Shown piece by piece: positions 1-10,516 of a stretch of DNA of 64,000 bases (positions are counted from its first letter, which is position 1; the number at the start of each line of letters is the position of its first letter). The stretch is from positions 28,078 to 92,077 of the IMG/VR virus record IMGVR_UViG_3300046007_008124. The stretch is one strand, 5' to 3'. The notes beneath the pieces were generated by a model. The model was not told the DNA's origin, searched no databases, and worked only from the letters and a program-made list of their open reading frames with translations. The translations under genes were made by a program, and so were the position numbers. This stretch comes from a virus.

Positions 1-2
1 TG

Positions 3-2897
3 TCACTAGCCTCTGACGAAAGAGACTATAGTGAAGAAGTTGTATTCTCGCCTTTTATAATTGCTGAAACATACGGTAAAAAACTACCAATAAATATTGA
101 TATTGATAATCCATTAACAGTACAACCGTTAAATCTTAGTTATAAAAATTATAATCAAAATAATATTTTTGTTTCTCAAAATTATTATAACCCAAATGAT
201 GAATTATTAAATTGTTTAACAGCTGATACTGTTTGTGATATTGGTTTAACTGGTATCGATAATGGTTTAGTAAATAAAATGACTGGTGAAACATTAAATT
301 TTACTGAAGGTATTTTTGAAGATTCTGTAAAGTTTAATAGAATGTACTACGATAGAAGAATGAAAATGATACAAGTAACCGGATATACCGGAACTTATAG
401 TCGTTTTTCTGGATTTACAAAACAAACATTATATGAAGTTGTAAGTAAAAATCATCCACAATTTGGAAAATATCATGAACTATATGGTGGGTTTTACCAA
501 GGGTTTTATAAACTATTTGGGTATGACTATGAAATTTTACCAGAAAGAGTTACAAAAGGTTGGTCTGTTGAAATGGTTTTAAAACCAAGGTTATCAAATG
601 AGTTTAGTCCTGGACCAAATGAAACAACTTTAAACTTATTATATCCTCAAAATAAAAATACGTTTTTTTATATGGGGACAAGAGCTGAAAATAAATTTTA
701 TCATCACGCAGATGGTAGTCCAAAATGTTTTACAGGTTACACAAGAGTTACAACACCACTTGCAAATTGTTTACAAACTTGTGCTTGTTGTAATAAAGCT
801 ATAACAAATAGTAGATGTATATTTGTTTACCCACCAAGGTCAAAAAATAATCAACACGACCCACACGCAAATTATGGTTGTGATAAATGTAATGGTGTTA
901 ATAGTGTTAAAATAAGTTGTGGTTGCGGTTGTAATGAATCACCTTGTGATACTTGCGGTTGGGAATGTCAAACACACCAATGTGAAACAATATTCTACCC
1001 AACACCAACACCAACACCAACACCAAGTCCAACACCGACTTGTCAAGATGTAACACCTATTTGTACACCTAGTTGTGCAACTTGTAATGATTGTGTTGAT
1101 TGTGTTGATTGTGGAACAACTGGTTATACATCAATAGAAGATACTTGTGAGAAAGATCCGTTATTTGATTTAATGTCAAATAATATTTCATTTAAATTAT
1201 GTGGTGACCCAAAAAACCCATCAATTGGTGTTAAAGTTTTAAGATTTACCGGTGGATGTGAAACAACAGGAACTTGTGTTACCGGACAAACCTATATGAC
1301 CGGATATACAATTCAAGAATATTGTTCACCACCAATATACCCAAGATGTGAAAAAGAAAATCCTTCTTGGTTAAATTTGGAACATTGGTTTCAAGTCGAT
1401 GTTGTTTGGAGAAGGTATACAAATTATGATTTTTGTGATTTAAAATATTTTGGTGGACTTGCGGATATAACAGAAATTAAATATTTAGATTCTTTAGCAA
1501 ATAATACCGTCAATTTAATTAAGCCACCTTTAACTCATACAAATGAATTTGGAGAAACAATTGAAATTGTTAATTTAAATAAAAAGTGGTTAGATGAGAA
1601 AAAGGATAGACTTGGCAGATTACGAATTTATGTTAATGGAAAACCAATATATACTTTAGAAAATTTTGAAGAGGTTATTCCAAGAGCACTAAATACAGAT
1701 AAAGAAAGACAATTAGCGGTACCATTTAATATTTCTTGGGGTGGAGGAACACAAGGTCTTCACGAAAATTTAACATTTTCATCTTGTACCGGTTTAACCT
1801 CAAATTATATCCAAGACCCTGAATGTTTTCCAACATCAGTTTTAAGTGGGACAACATTATCTGGGTTAACAACAAATATATTATTAGAAAAAGAATTTGG
1901 TGGAACGTTTGAAGGTGGTATTTCACAATTTAGAATGTATGTTGAACCTTTAACTGGTGATGAAATTAAACACAACTTTTTATTGTTAAAAGATAAATTT
2001 GCAATGTTTGACCCAGATTGTCCAGATTGTGGTGATGATTTCTGTGAGGTTGATGATTTTACTTATGTTATTAATGATGTAACAACAACCACAACAACAA
2101 TACCGGTTACAACAACCACAACAACATTTAATCCATATCTTTTAATAACGCAAGATTTTGAACCAATTATAACTCAAGATAACGATAATATTATTTGGTA
2201 TTGGCCAACACCAATGGTTGGTGGATTTAGTCCTGATAGTATTTTATTTGGTAGAACGTATATTCAAGATAACAGAGATCAAAATTATTTAATTCAAAAT
2301 CATTTTAATCAAAAATTAAATTCAAAAACATTAACACAAAGATATTGGGACGACAATGGATGGTGGGGTGACCAAGGATATTTACCACATTGTGTTGGTT
2401 ATGCTTGGGCTCATTGGTTAGAAGATGGTCCAGTTGAACAGTCTGGTATTCCACCAATTATAAAACCAATAGACATTTATAAAAATGCACAAAAACTTGA
2501 CGAATGGTACGGTGAAAATTATGATGGAACTTCTGTAAGGGGTGGTGTTAAATTTTTACAACAACAAAAGAAAGTAAAATCATATTATTGGACATATGAT
2601 TTAAACACACTTATAAATACTGTTTTAAATGTAGGACCAGTTGTTGTTGGTACAAACTGGTATTATGGAATGTTTTATCCGGATAAAAATGGTTTAATTA
2701 AAGTTAGGGGTGCTTTAGCTGGTGGACATGCTTATATAATTAATGGTATTGATACCAAAACAAAACAGTTTAGAATAAAAAATAGTTGGGGTAAAAGTTG
2801 GGGAAAACAAGGTCGCGCATTTATTTCATTTACTGATATGACAAGATTAATTAGAGAACAAGGTGAAATTTGTTTAGCAACAGAAATAAAATCATAA
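3..2897 (+). CDS. Large Cys-rich putative virion protein with C-terminal papain-like (C1) cysteine peptidase; 5'-truncated
   Basis: Frame is open from position 3 to the listed ATG at 279, so the gene starts at or before the window edge. C-terminus has papain motifs DQGYLPHCVGYA (Gln/Cys), GGHAY (His) and IKNSWGKSWG (Asn). It also has PTPTPT and poly-Thr linkers and a possible LamG-like segment (RLRIYVNG...FEGGISQFRMY). Confidence 0.75.
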   Translation, partial: SLASDERDYSEEVVFSPFIIAETYGKKLPINIDIDNPLTVQPLNLSYKNYNQNNIFVSQNYYNPNDELLNCLTADTVCDIGLTGIDNGLVNKMTGETLNFTEGIFEDSVKFNRMYYDRRMKMIQVTGYTGTYSRFSGFTKQTLYEVVSKNHPQFGKYHELYGGFYQGFYKLFGYDYEILPERVTKGWSVEMVLKPRLSNEFSPGPNETTLNLLYPQNKNTFFYMGTRAENKFYHHADGSPKCFTGYTRVTTPLANCLQTCACCNKAITNSRCIFVYPPRSKNNQHDPHANYGCDKCNGVNSVKISCGCGCNESPCDTCGWECQTHQCETIFYPTPTPTPTPSPTPTCQDVTPICTPSCATCNDCVDCVDCGTTGYTSIEDTCEKDPLFDLMSNNISFKLCGDPKNPSIGVKVLRFTGGCETTGTCVTGQTYMTGYTIQEYCSPPIYPRCEKENPSWLNLEHWFQVDVVWRRYTNYDFCDLKYFGGLADITEIKYLDSLANNTVNLIKPPLTHTNEFGETIEIVNLNKKWLDEKKDRLGRLRIYVNGKPIYTLENFEEVIPRALNTDKERQLAVPFNISWGGGTQGLHENLTFSSCTGLTSNYIQDPECFPTSVLSGTTLSGLTTNILLEKEFGGTFEGGISQFRMYVEPLTGDEIKHNFLLLKDKFAMFDPDCPDCGDDFCEVDDFTYVINDVTTTTTTIPVTTTTTTFNPYLLITQDFEPIITQDNDNIIWYWPTPMVGGFSPDSILFGRTYIQDNRDQNYLIQNHFNQKLNSKTLTQRYWDDNGWWGDQGYLPHCVGYAWAHWLEDGPVEQSGIPPIIKPIDIYKNAQKLDEWYGENYDGTSVRGGVKFLQQQKKVKSYYWTYDLNTLINTVLNVGPVVVGTNWYYGMFYPDKNGLIKVRGALAGGHAYIINGIDTKTKQFRIKNSWGKSWGKQGRAFISFTDMTRLIREQGEICLATEIKS

Positions 2898-2928
2898 TAT
2901 AAAACATATTTATTAAATAAAAAAAACT

Positions 2929-5900
2929 ATGGCAGATAAAAGAATAACCGACTTACCTTTAATATTATCTGGTGATATATCAACACAAGATGTATTACCA
3001 ATAGTAGATGTCAATCTAGACATTACAAATAAAATTGAGGTAGATCAATTAAAATCATATATATTAACAGGTGTTAATGATTATTATGTTACTGGTGGTA
3101 CCTATTCTAATGGAACAATAACATTAGGGAGACAAAATGGTTCTTTATCAATTAGCGGTTTATACACTGGATCAACAGATGTTTTTGTAACTGGTGGTAC
3201 CTATGATAACACAACTGGAACATTAACTTTAAAAGATAATAACGGAACGTCATTTGGTGTAACTGGATTTACAACTGGTGGTACTGGGACTTCTTTATAT
3301 GAAGTTGGTTCTGGAACTGACTCAACACAAAGGGTTGGTGTTAATAATGTTGCAATCGGTAATTGTTCTGCTGTTTTAGCTGGATCCGGAAACACTGTAA
3401 TATCAGAATTTTCTTTTATTGGTGGAGGTTATAATAATACTGCTGGTTTTAGTGGTGGTGTTAATTTTGTTTATAATGAAACATTTACAGGTAATATACC
3501 TTCATCAGGATTTTACGGTTCAATTCCACCATCATCAACACTTTCCGGTCTTGGTTCTGGTTCAACTTTTTCATTTTATTTTTCAACTCAAACAACTTTA
3601 AGTAATGTTTATGTTGACAATCAAGGTAGTGGATATGTTAGTGGTGATACATTAACATTTAACGGTTCAAATTTTGGTGGTGTAACACCTGCCGATAATG
3701 TTACAGTTCAAATCAACACATTAGGTGGTTCAAACATCGTTATTGGTGGTGGTCAAGGAAATACTGCAAATAGAGACTCATCAACAATTAGTGGTGGTTA
3801 TATAAATAAAAGTAACGCAAACTGCTCAACAATCGGTGGTGGTTGTCGTAACATTATTTCAAATGATTCTTGTTACTCAACAATTAGTGGTGGTAGAAGA
3901 AATACCGGATACGGTTGTTACGGAGTAATTAGTGGTGGTCGTTGTAATGAAACTGGTGCTTATGGTACAATAACTGGAACATTTAATCAAGTGTATACCG
4001 GTGGTACTTTAAATGGAACTTTTTCTGGTGGTTATAACCCAACATCAACGACATCTGGTTATGGATTTGATGCTTCTTTTGGTTTTGTTTTTAATTTTGG
4101 TACTTTATCTAGTGTTAATATTCTTGGTGGTGGTAATCGATATATTGGAAATGATACTTTATTTTTTAATGGTAATATATTTCCTGGTGGAACAACTGGT
4201 ATTGATGATGTAACATTTCAAGTTAGTACATCAATAAATAACTATGCAACAGTAGCTGGTGGATGTTGTAATACTGCATCTGGTGAATACTCAACAATTA
4301 GTGGTGGGTATGAAAATACAGTATCCGGTGATTATTCAACTATTGGTGGGGGTTCTTGTAACACAATTAATACTAATTCGTGCTATTCAACTATTGGTGG
4401 TGGTGATGATAATACTATCCTTCAAGGTGATGTTGCAACAATCAGTGGTGGTGAAAATAATACGATAAGTGGTGCTTATTCATTTATTGGTGGTGGTTAT
4501 AATAATATAATAACAAGTTCTGATGCAACAATTGGTGGTGGTTGTAATAACACTGCAAGTGGTTACAAATCATTTATTGGTGGTGGAGAAAATAACGTTT
4601 CTGGACGAAATAATTTTGTTAGTGGAATAAATAGTTCTGTATATACTGGTGGTACTTTAAATAATACTTACGGTGGTATCTCACCAACATCAACATCAAG
4701 TGGTACTGGATCTGGGGTATTATTTAGTTTTGATTTTGTTCTTGGTGTATTACAAACCATCCAAATACAAAACGGAGGTTCTGGTTATTCTAATGGTGAA
4801 ACACTATATTTTAACGGTGGATTATTTGGTGGTGGTTCATCTCCTTTAGATGATGTTTGGTTAAACATCCAAACAGAAAATAGCACACATACAACCGTAA
4901 GTGGCGGCTATTGTAACACATCAAGTGGGGATTACTCAACCGTAAGTGGTGGATATAGAAACACATCAAGTTGTTATAGTTCAACAGTAAGTGGAGGTAT
5001 TAATAACAAATCAAGTGGTAATTCTTCAACCGTAGGAGGTGGTCTTGAAAATACATCAAGTTGTTGTTATTCAACAGTAAGTGGGGGACGTAGAAATACA
5101 TCAAGTGGTTATCATTCAACCGTAAGTGGTGGATACCGTAATACATCAAGTGGTCAATATTCAACCGTAAGTGGCGGACAATTTAACACATCAAGTGGTA
5201 ATTATTCATTTGTTGGTGGTGGACAATGTAACGCGTCAAACTCTATTAACTCAACCGTAAGTGGTGGATTTTGTAATACAACAAGTGGAACTTACTCAAC
5301 AATAGGTGGAGGTAATAATAATAAGTCTAGTGGTGGTTATTCAACACTAAGTGGTGGTCAAAATAATGTTGCCGGTGGTACACATTCATTTATTGGTAGT
5401 GGTTTTGGTAACGTTTCAGGTGTTAATGGATTTGTTACTGGTGTTACAGGTTTTGTATATACTGGAGGAACATTTAATAGTACATTCACCGGTGTTAGTC
5501 CAACTTCAACAAGTAGTGGATTAGGATCCAATGCGTTTTTTAACTTTAGTTTCCTTGGTGGTGTATTACAAAGTGTTACAGTACAATCAGCAGGATCTGA
5601 TTATGTAAACGGAGATATACTATATTTTAATGCCGCTTCATTTTTTAGTACATCACCTCTTAATGATGTTTGGATAACAATATCAAGTGCTAGTAATTCA
5701 TTTACAACAGTAGTTGGTGGTAGTCAAAACACATCAAGTGGATATCTATCAATTGTTGGTGCTGGTTATCAAAATACATCAAGTGGTTGTTATTCATTTA
5801 TTGGTGGTGGATGGTGTAACACAACGGTAGGTGATTGCTCAATGATACTTGGTGGTTATGCAAATAAATCTATCGGTACAAGAAGTGCTGTTGTGGGTGG

Positions 5901-6087
5901 TCAGAATATTGTAGCAACAGAAGATGATATGACATATATGCCAAGTGCGAACATCCAATCAACCGGATATATTTATTTTGGAGACGTTAACACAAATGGT
6001 TCTTGGAGAATGAGTATATCTGGCGCAACATTTATAATTGAAAAAAGAGTCGGAGGTGTTTGGGTTGTGTCCGGAACATTCGTATAA
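2929..6087 (+). CDS. Tail fibre/adhesin paralog 1 (15-aa STVSGGxxNTSS beta-roll repeats plus four diverged plug-in domains)
   Basis: N-terminal MADKRITDLP...DVLPIVD motif typical of phage fibre proteins; LYEVGSGTDSTQR motif; dozens of SxISGGxxN repeats. Confidence 0.7.
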   Translation: MADKRITDLPLILSGDISTQDVLPIVDVNLDITNKIEVDQLKSYILTGVNDYYVTGGTYSNGTITLGRQNGSLSISGLYTGSTDVFVTGGTYDNTTGTLTLKDNNGTSFGVTGFTTGGTGTSLYEVGSGTDSTQRVGVNNVAIGNCSAVLAGSGNTVISEFSFIGGGYNNTAGFSGGVNFVYNETFTGNIPSSGFYGSIPPSSTLSGLGSGSTFSFYFSTQTTLSNVYVDNQGSGYVSGDTLTFNGSNFGGVTPADNVTVQINTLGGSNIVIGGGQGNTANRDSSTISGGYINKSNANCSTIGGGCRNIISNDSCYSTISGGRRNTGYGCYGVISGGRCNETGAYGTITGTFNQVYTGGTLNGTFSGGYNPTSTTSGYGFDASFGFVFNFGTLSSVNILGGGNRYIGNDTLFFNGNIFPGGTTGIDDVTFQVSTSINNYATVAGGCCNTASGEYSTISGGYENTVSGDYSTIGGGSCNTINTNSCYSTIGGGDDNTILQGDVATISGGENNTISGAYSFIGGGYNNIITSSDATIGGGCNNTASGYKSFIGGGENNVSGRNNFVSGINSSVYTGGTLNNTYGGISPTSTSSGTGSGVLFSFDFVLGVLQTIQIQNGGSGYSNGETLYFNGGLFGGGSSPLDDVWLNIQTENSTHTTVSGGYCNTSSGDYSTVSGGYRNTSSCYSSTVSGGINNKSSGNSSTVGGGLENTSSCCYSTVSGGRRNTSSGYHSTVSGGYRNTSSGQYSTVSGGQFNTSSGNYSFVGGGQCNASNSINSTVSGGFCNTTSGTYSTIGGGNNNKSSGGYSTLSGGQNNVAGGTHSFIGSGFGNVSGVNGFVTGVTGFVYTGGTFNSTFTGVSPTSTSSGLGSNAFFNFSFLGGVLQSVTVQSAGSDYVNGDILYFNAASFFSTSPLNDVWITISSASNSFTTVVGGSQNTSSGYLSIVGAGYQNTSSGCYSFIGGGWCNTTVGDCSMILGGYANKSIGTRSAVVGGQNIVATEDDMTYMPSANIQSTGYIYFGDVNTNGSWRMSISGATFIIEKRVGGVWVVSGTFV
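4888..5360 (+). repeat. 45-nt coding tandem repeat (consensus TCAACCGTAAGTGGTGG-N7-AACACATCAAGTGG-N7), representative array
   Basis: Visible directly. The same unit recurs at about 7040-9520, 23930-25960 and 26480-28700. Confidence 0.9.
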
Positions 6088-6112
6088 ATAAAATAAAAAA
6101 ATAAAATAAAAA

Positions 6113-9100
6113 ATGGGATTTAATACAGACATATTAAGTGCAACAACAATAAGTGGTGGAACATTCTATGGTGATGGTTCCGGATTAGTTGATAACACAA
6201 TTACCGAAATTATAAATTCACCAACACAGAATCCACTTAATGTTAACACAAGTAATGATTATTTACCAATTACTGGTAATGACCAATATCAAGATGAAGC
6301 AAGTAACTATATTTCTTGGACAAATGGGTCAAATAATGGGACAGGATTTAATCCTTGGACCATAACTACACAACCAAATACTGGTGTGTTTTTAGGTAAT
6401 CCAGCGTCGGATGGTATGGGAACCGCCGGTATTGGAACAAACGCATTTGCTCTTTTTGCAACTGACGGATCAAATTATGTATCAACATCAAGAACATTTA
6501 CATCTGGAATGAATGTTGGTGATGTATTTAGTTTTTATTGGGCGATAAATTTTGACGCAAATGGTGGTAATAAAGGTTTTGATTTAAAAGCTGGTGGTAC
6601 AACAATTTTTAATGCTAATAATAATAATTCTGCAACAATAACATCAAACTTATCTTCACCTAATAACATTATTGATAGTGGTTATGGTACAACACCAATG
6701 TTAGTTACTCTAACTAGAACAAGTGATATTCTTTATAATATAACAATAACATCTAGAAGTGGTGGACCAACTTATTCTGCATCAATAAATTCACCATTGG
6801 TTGTCAATGAAATTAATTTTTATTGTGGTGCTCAAGGTGATGGTTTAGGACAAAGGAATTTATTTTTTAATCAACTTTTAATTACAAAAACAACAGAGTT
6901 ATTAAAAATAACAGTTGATGATTTGGGAAGTTTGTTTGGTGGTGGGTCTTTATATGAAGTTGGTTCCGGTACAGACTCAACACAAAGATGTGGTGTTAAT
7001 AATGTTGCTAGTGGCAATTGTTCTATTGTTGCAGGTGGTGATTATAACACATCATTATCACCTTCTTCAGTTATAAGTGGTGGTAAATGTAATACAGCAG
7101 ACTGTAATTTTTCAACCGTAAGTGGTGGTTATTCTAATAAAACTTATGGTGGTTGTTCATTTGTAGGTGGCGGTGTTCGTAACACAGCAAGTAATAACTT
7201 TTCAATAGTTGGTGGTGGTTGTATCAACACATCAAGTGGTAACTACTCAACAATAAGTGGTGGTCGTCAAAATACATCAAGTGATTATTATTCAACCGTA
7301 AGTGGCGGTCGTCAAAATACATCAAGTAGTTGTTATTCAACTATAAGTGGTGGTCGTCAAAATACATCAAGTAGTTGTTATTCAACTATAAGTGGTGGTT
7401 ATCGTAATGTTTCAGGAATAAACGGAACCGTAAGTGGTGTTTACAATCAAACATATTTAGGTAGCACATTAAATGGAACATTTAATTCAATATCTCCATC
7501 ATCAACATCTTCTGGTTATGGTAATGGTGCAATATTTAATTTTGTTTTTAACACCGGAAGTTTATCTACTGTTACTCTTGTAACAATTGGTTCTGGATAT
7601 GTAAACGGAAATTTATTAACCTTTGACGGAACTTTATTTGGTGGATCAAGTGGAACCGACGATGTTACATTAAATATTAATACACAAAACATAGGAAATA
7701 GTTCAACCGTAAGTGGAGGTCGTGGTAACACATCAATTGGTGGATATTCAACCGTAAGTGGGGGTGTTGGTAACACATCAAGTGCGTGTTATTCAACAAT
7801 AAGTGGTGGAGTAAATAACACATCAAGTTGTAATTATTCATTTGTTGGTGGAGGTCGCCAAAACACATCAAGTGGTGACCTTTCAACGATTGCCGGTGGT
7901 CTTCAAAACGCATCAAGTTGTAAATATTCAACCGTAAGTGGTGGTGCTTTTAATACATCAAGTAGTGATAATTCATTTATTGGTGGTGGACTTAGAAATA
8001 CAACAAGTGGACAATATTCAACTATAAGTGGTGGTTATTGTAATGTTTCAGGAATAAATGGAATCGTAAGTAGTTTTTCTAATCAAACATATTTAGGAAG
8101 TACATTAAATGGAACATTTAATTCAATATCTCCATCATCAACATCTTCTGGTTATGGTAATGGTGCAACATTTAATTTTGTGTTTAACACAGGGAGTTTA
8201 TCTACTGTTACTCTTGTAACAATTGGTTCTGGATATGTAAATGGAGATTTATTAACCTTTGACGGAACTTTATTTGGCGGATCAAGTGGAACCGATGATG
8301 TCACTTTAACTATTAACACATCAACAATAGGAAATTGCTCAACCGTAAGTGGAGGTCGTGGTAACACATCAAGTGGAGATATATCAACCGTTGGTGGTGG
8401 TCGTTTTAACACATCAAGTGGAGATATATCAACCGTAAGTGGTGGTTGGCAAAACACGTCAAGTGGATATAACTCAACAATAAGTGGGGGATATTGTAAT
8501 ACATCAAGTGGATATAACTCAACCGTAAGTGGGGGATGTTGTAATACATCAAATGGTTGTGGATCATTTATTGGTGGTGGACGAAATAACACAATAAATT
8601 GTTTTTTTAATACAATTGGTGGTGGTCAAAATAACACATCAATTGGACAACAGTCTATAATTGGTGGTGGTTCTAGTAATGTGGCATTTGGTAGTGCTTC
8701 ATTTATCGGTGGTGGTAGTCAAAACACATCAAATGGCGGTGGGTCAACTATTAGTGGTGGAGTCGCTAACACATCAAGTGGTGATTCTTCAACCGTAAGT
8801 GGTGGTCGTTTTAACACATCAATTGGCTGTTGCTCAACCGTAAGTGGTGGTTATTGTAATGTTTCAGGAATAAATGGAACCGTAAGTGGATTGTATAATC
8901 AAACATATTTAGGAAGCACATTAAATGGAACATTTAATTCAATATCTCCATCATCAACATCTTCTGGTTATGGTAATGGTGCAACATTTAATTTTTTGTT
9001 TAACACAGGAAGTTTATCTACTGTTACTCTTGTAACAATTGGTTCTGGATATGTAAACGGTGATCAATTATTATTTGATGGTACTTTATTTGGTGGATCA

Positions 9101-9706
9101 AGTGGAACCGATGATGTTACTTTAAATATTAATACACAAACAATAGGAAATTGCTCAACAATAGGTGGAGGTCACCAAAACACATCAAACGGAAATTCTT
9201 CAACAGTAAGTGGTGGTTATAGAAACACATCAAGTGGTAATTACTCAACCGTAAGTGGTGGAGTAAATAACACATCAAGTGGAGATATATCAACCGTAAG
9301 TGGTGGAGTAAATAACACATCAAGTTGTAATTATTCATTTGTTGGTGGAGGTTATAATAACACATCAAGTGGTCAATATTCAACAATAAGTGGTGGAGGT
9401 TGTAACACATCAAGTAGTGATAATTCATTTATTGGTGGTGGACTTAGAAATACAACAAGTGGACAATATTCAACTATAAGTGGTGGATATCGTAACACGT
9501 CAATAAATGTTTATTCGGCAATACTTGGAGGACAAAGTAATACATCCCAACACGATTGTTCATTTATTGTTGGTAGCGGAATTTTTAGTACAGCGGCAAA
9601 CACAACACACGTAAATTGTTTACACTTTAGTAATATACCAACAAGTTCAGCGGGTCTTGCTCCAGGAACAGTATGGAATAATGGTGGTGTATTAAACATA
9701 GCATAA
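6113..9706 (+). CDS. Tail fibre/adhesin paralog 2 with N-terminal lectin-like insert and three near-identical 97-aa domains
   Basis: Same repeat family and LYEVGSGTDSTQR motif. C-terminal NIPTSSAGLAPGTVWNNGGVLNI resembles common phage fibre tips. Confidence 0.7.
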   Translation: MGFNTDILSATTISGGTFYGDGSGLVDNTITEIINSPTQNPLNVNTSNDYLPITGNDQYQDEASNYISWTNGSNNGTGFNPWTITTQPNTGVFLGNPASDGMGTAGIGTNAFALFATDGSNYVSTSRTFTSGMNVGDVFSFYWAINFDANGGNKGFDLKAGGTTIFNANNNNSATITSNLSSPNNIIDSGYGTTPMLVTLTRTSDILYNITITSRSGGPTYSASINSPLVVNEINFYCGAQGDGLGQRNLFFNQLLITKTTELLKITVDDLGSLFGGGSLYEVGSGTDSTQRCGVNNVASGNCSIVAGGDYNTSLSPSSVISGGKCNTADCNFSTVSGGYSNKTYGGCSFVGGGVRNTASNNFSIVGGGCINTSSGNYSTISGGRQNTSSDYYSTVSGGRQNTSSSCYSTISGGRQNTSSSCYSTISGGYRNVSGINGTVSGVYNQTYLGSTLNGTFNSISPSSTSSGYGNGAIFNFVFNTGSLSTVTLVTIGSGYVNGNLLTFDGTLFGGSSGTDDVTLNINTQNIGNSSTVSGGRGNTSIGGYSTVSGGVGNTSSACYSTISGGVNNTSSCNYSFVGGGRQNTSSGDLSTIAGGLQNASSCKYSTVSGGAFNTSSSDNSFIGGGLRNTTSGQYSTISGGYCNVSGINGIVSSFSNQTYLGSTLNGTFNSISPSSTSSGYGNGATFNFVFNTGSLSTVTLVTIGSGYVNGDLLTFDGTLFGGSSGTDDVTLTINTSTIGNCSTVSGGRGNTSSGDISTVGGGRFNTSSGDISTVSGGWQNTSSGYNSTISGGYCNTSSGYNSTVSGGCCNTSNGCGSFIGGGRNNTINCFFNTIGGGQNNTSIGQQSIIGGGSSNVAFGSASFIGGGSQNTSNGGGSTISGGVANTSSGDSSTVSGGRFNTSIGCCSTVSGGYCNVSGINGTVSGLYNQTYLGSTLNGTFNSISPSSTSSGYGNGATFNFLFNTGSLSTVTLVTIGSGYVNGDQLLFDGTLFGGSSGTDDVTLNINTQTIGNCSTIGGGHQNTSNGNSSTVSGGYRNTSSGNYSTVSGGVNNTSSGDISTVSGGVNNTSSCNYSFVGGGYNNTSSGQYSTISGGGCNTSSSDNSFIGGGLRNTTSGQYSTISGGYRNTSINVYSAILGGQSNTSQHDCSFIVGSGIFSTAANTTHVNCLHFSNIPTSSAGLAPGTVWNNGGVLNIA
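7406..7696 (+). repeat. 291-bp dispersed repeat, copy 1 (others at 8042-8332, 8858-9148, 28017-28307)
   Basis: Near-identical blocks starting AATGTTTCAGGAATAAA, encoding NVSGINGTVSG...SISPSSTSSGYGNGA...GGSSGTDDVTLNINTQ. Confidence 0.92.
8042..8332 (+). repeat. 291-bp dispersed repeat, copy 2
   Basis: Aligns by eye, without gaps, to 7406-7696. Confidence 0.9.
8858..9148 (+). repeat. 291-bp dispersed repeat, copy 3
   Basis: Aligns by eye, without gaps, to 7406-7696. Confidence 0.9.
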
Positions 9707-9723
9707 AATTAAATAAATTTAAA

Positions 9724-10245
9724 ATGAAAAAAGTATTTAAAGATTTTTTAAACAAGTATTATAAAGAAAGTTTAGTCAGAAAAAAAGATAAAAATCAAAA
9801 AGATTTTGGGTCAAAAGTTAATGATTGTATAGTACAAGTCTACAATAAAAATTCTGATAAACAAATAACAAGTAAGGACGTTATTTTACCGTCAGGTTGT
9901 TACTCAATGATGTTAGAAACTGAAGATGAAAATGTATTTACAAAATGTTTGTCTATTTTACCAAATATGAACGATATAATTGTGAGTCAAATTAAAACTT
10001 GTATAAAAGGTCAAAACGTTACTTGTGTTAAAGGTGTTGGTTTTACAATAGAAAAAGCTGGTGATATAATATATACGGATTGTTGTGGTCAAACTAATGC
10101 AAATTTTTACAATGAAAATAAATATTTTCTTGATGTTTGTATAAAGAGTGGTTCACTTTTACCTTATGATAAAAAGGGTAAACCGGCTAGCATTATTAAA
10201 ATAGAATATGAAAATCAAAAATGTATTTGTGATAGTAAACAATAA
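9724..10245 (+). CDS. Hypothetical Cys-rich protein
   Basis: 173-aa ORF in line with its neighbours. The YTDCCG motif resembles YIDCNG in the 16654 protein. Confidence 0.6.
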   Translation: MKKVFKDFLNKYYKESLVRKKDKNQKDFGSKVNDCIVQVYNKNSDKQITSKDVILPSGCYSMMLETEDENVFTKCLSILPNMNDIIVSQIKTCIKGQNVTCVKGVGFTIEKAGDIIYTDCCGQTNANFYNENKYFLDVCIKSGSLLPYDKKGKPASIIKIEYENQKCICDSKQ

Positions 10246-10263
10246 ATCAAAAATAAAACAAAA

Positions 10264-10446
10264 ATGGAAATTAAATTATTATTTAAGTATGAAGAACCAA
10301 AACAAATTGGTGAACACAAGGTAATTGCAATTAGACAAGTACCAAGAGGAATTAGATTTAGAACTGAAAATGGACCAATCCTTAAAGAAGTTGCATTTAA
10401 AGAAACTTGGACTGAAGAAGAATTGCACGCATTATTATTAAGTTAA
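10264..10446 (+). CDS. Hypothetical protein (60 aa)
   Basis: A-rich leader, genome-typical codon use, followed by a terminator. Confidence 0.6.
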   Translation: MEIKLLFKYEEPKQIGEHKVIAIRQVPRGIRFRTENGPILKEVAFKETWTEEELHALLLS

Positions 10447-10451
10447 TAAAC

Positions 10452-10481
10452 AAAACCCCACCTTTAAAAGTGGGGTTTTTT
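10452..10481 (+). terminator. Intrinsic terminator
   Basis: AAAACCCCAC-loop-GTGGGGTTTT hairpin running into a T-tract. Confidence 0.85.
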
Positions 10482-10516
10482 ATACACTTTTTTGTTACAA
10501 ATAATATAATTGTATT

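Noticed and set aside
4888-9520. 45-nt periodic repeats with variable inserts, as a CRISPR array
   Set aside because: They are in-frame coding repeats with only about 7-nt variable parts, and no cas genes are present.
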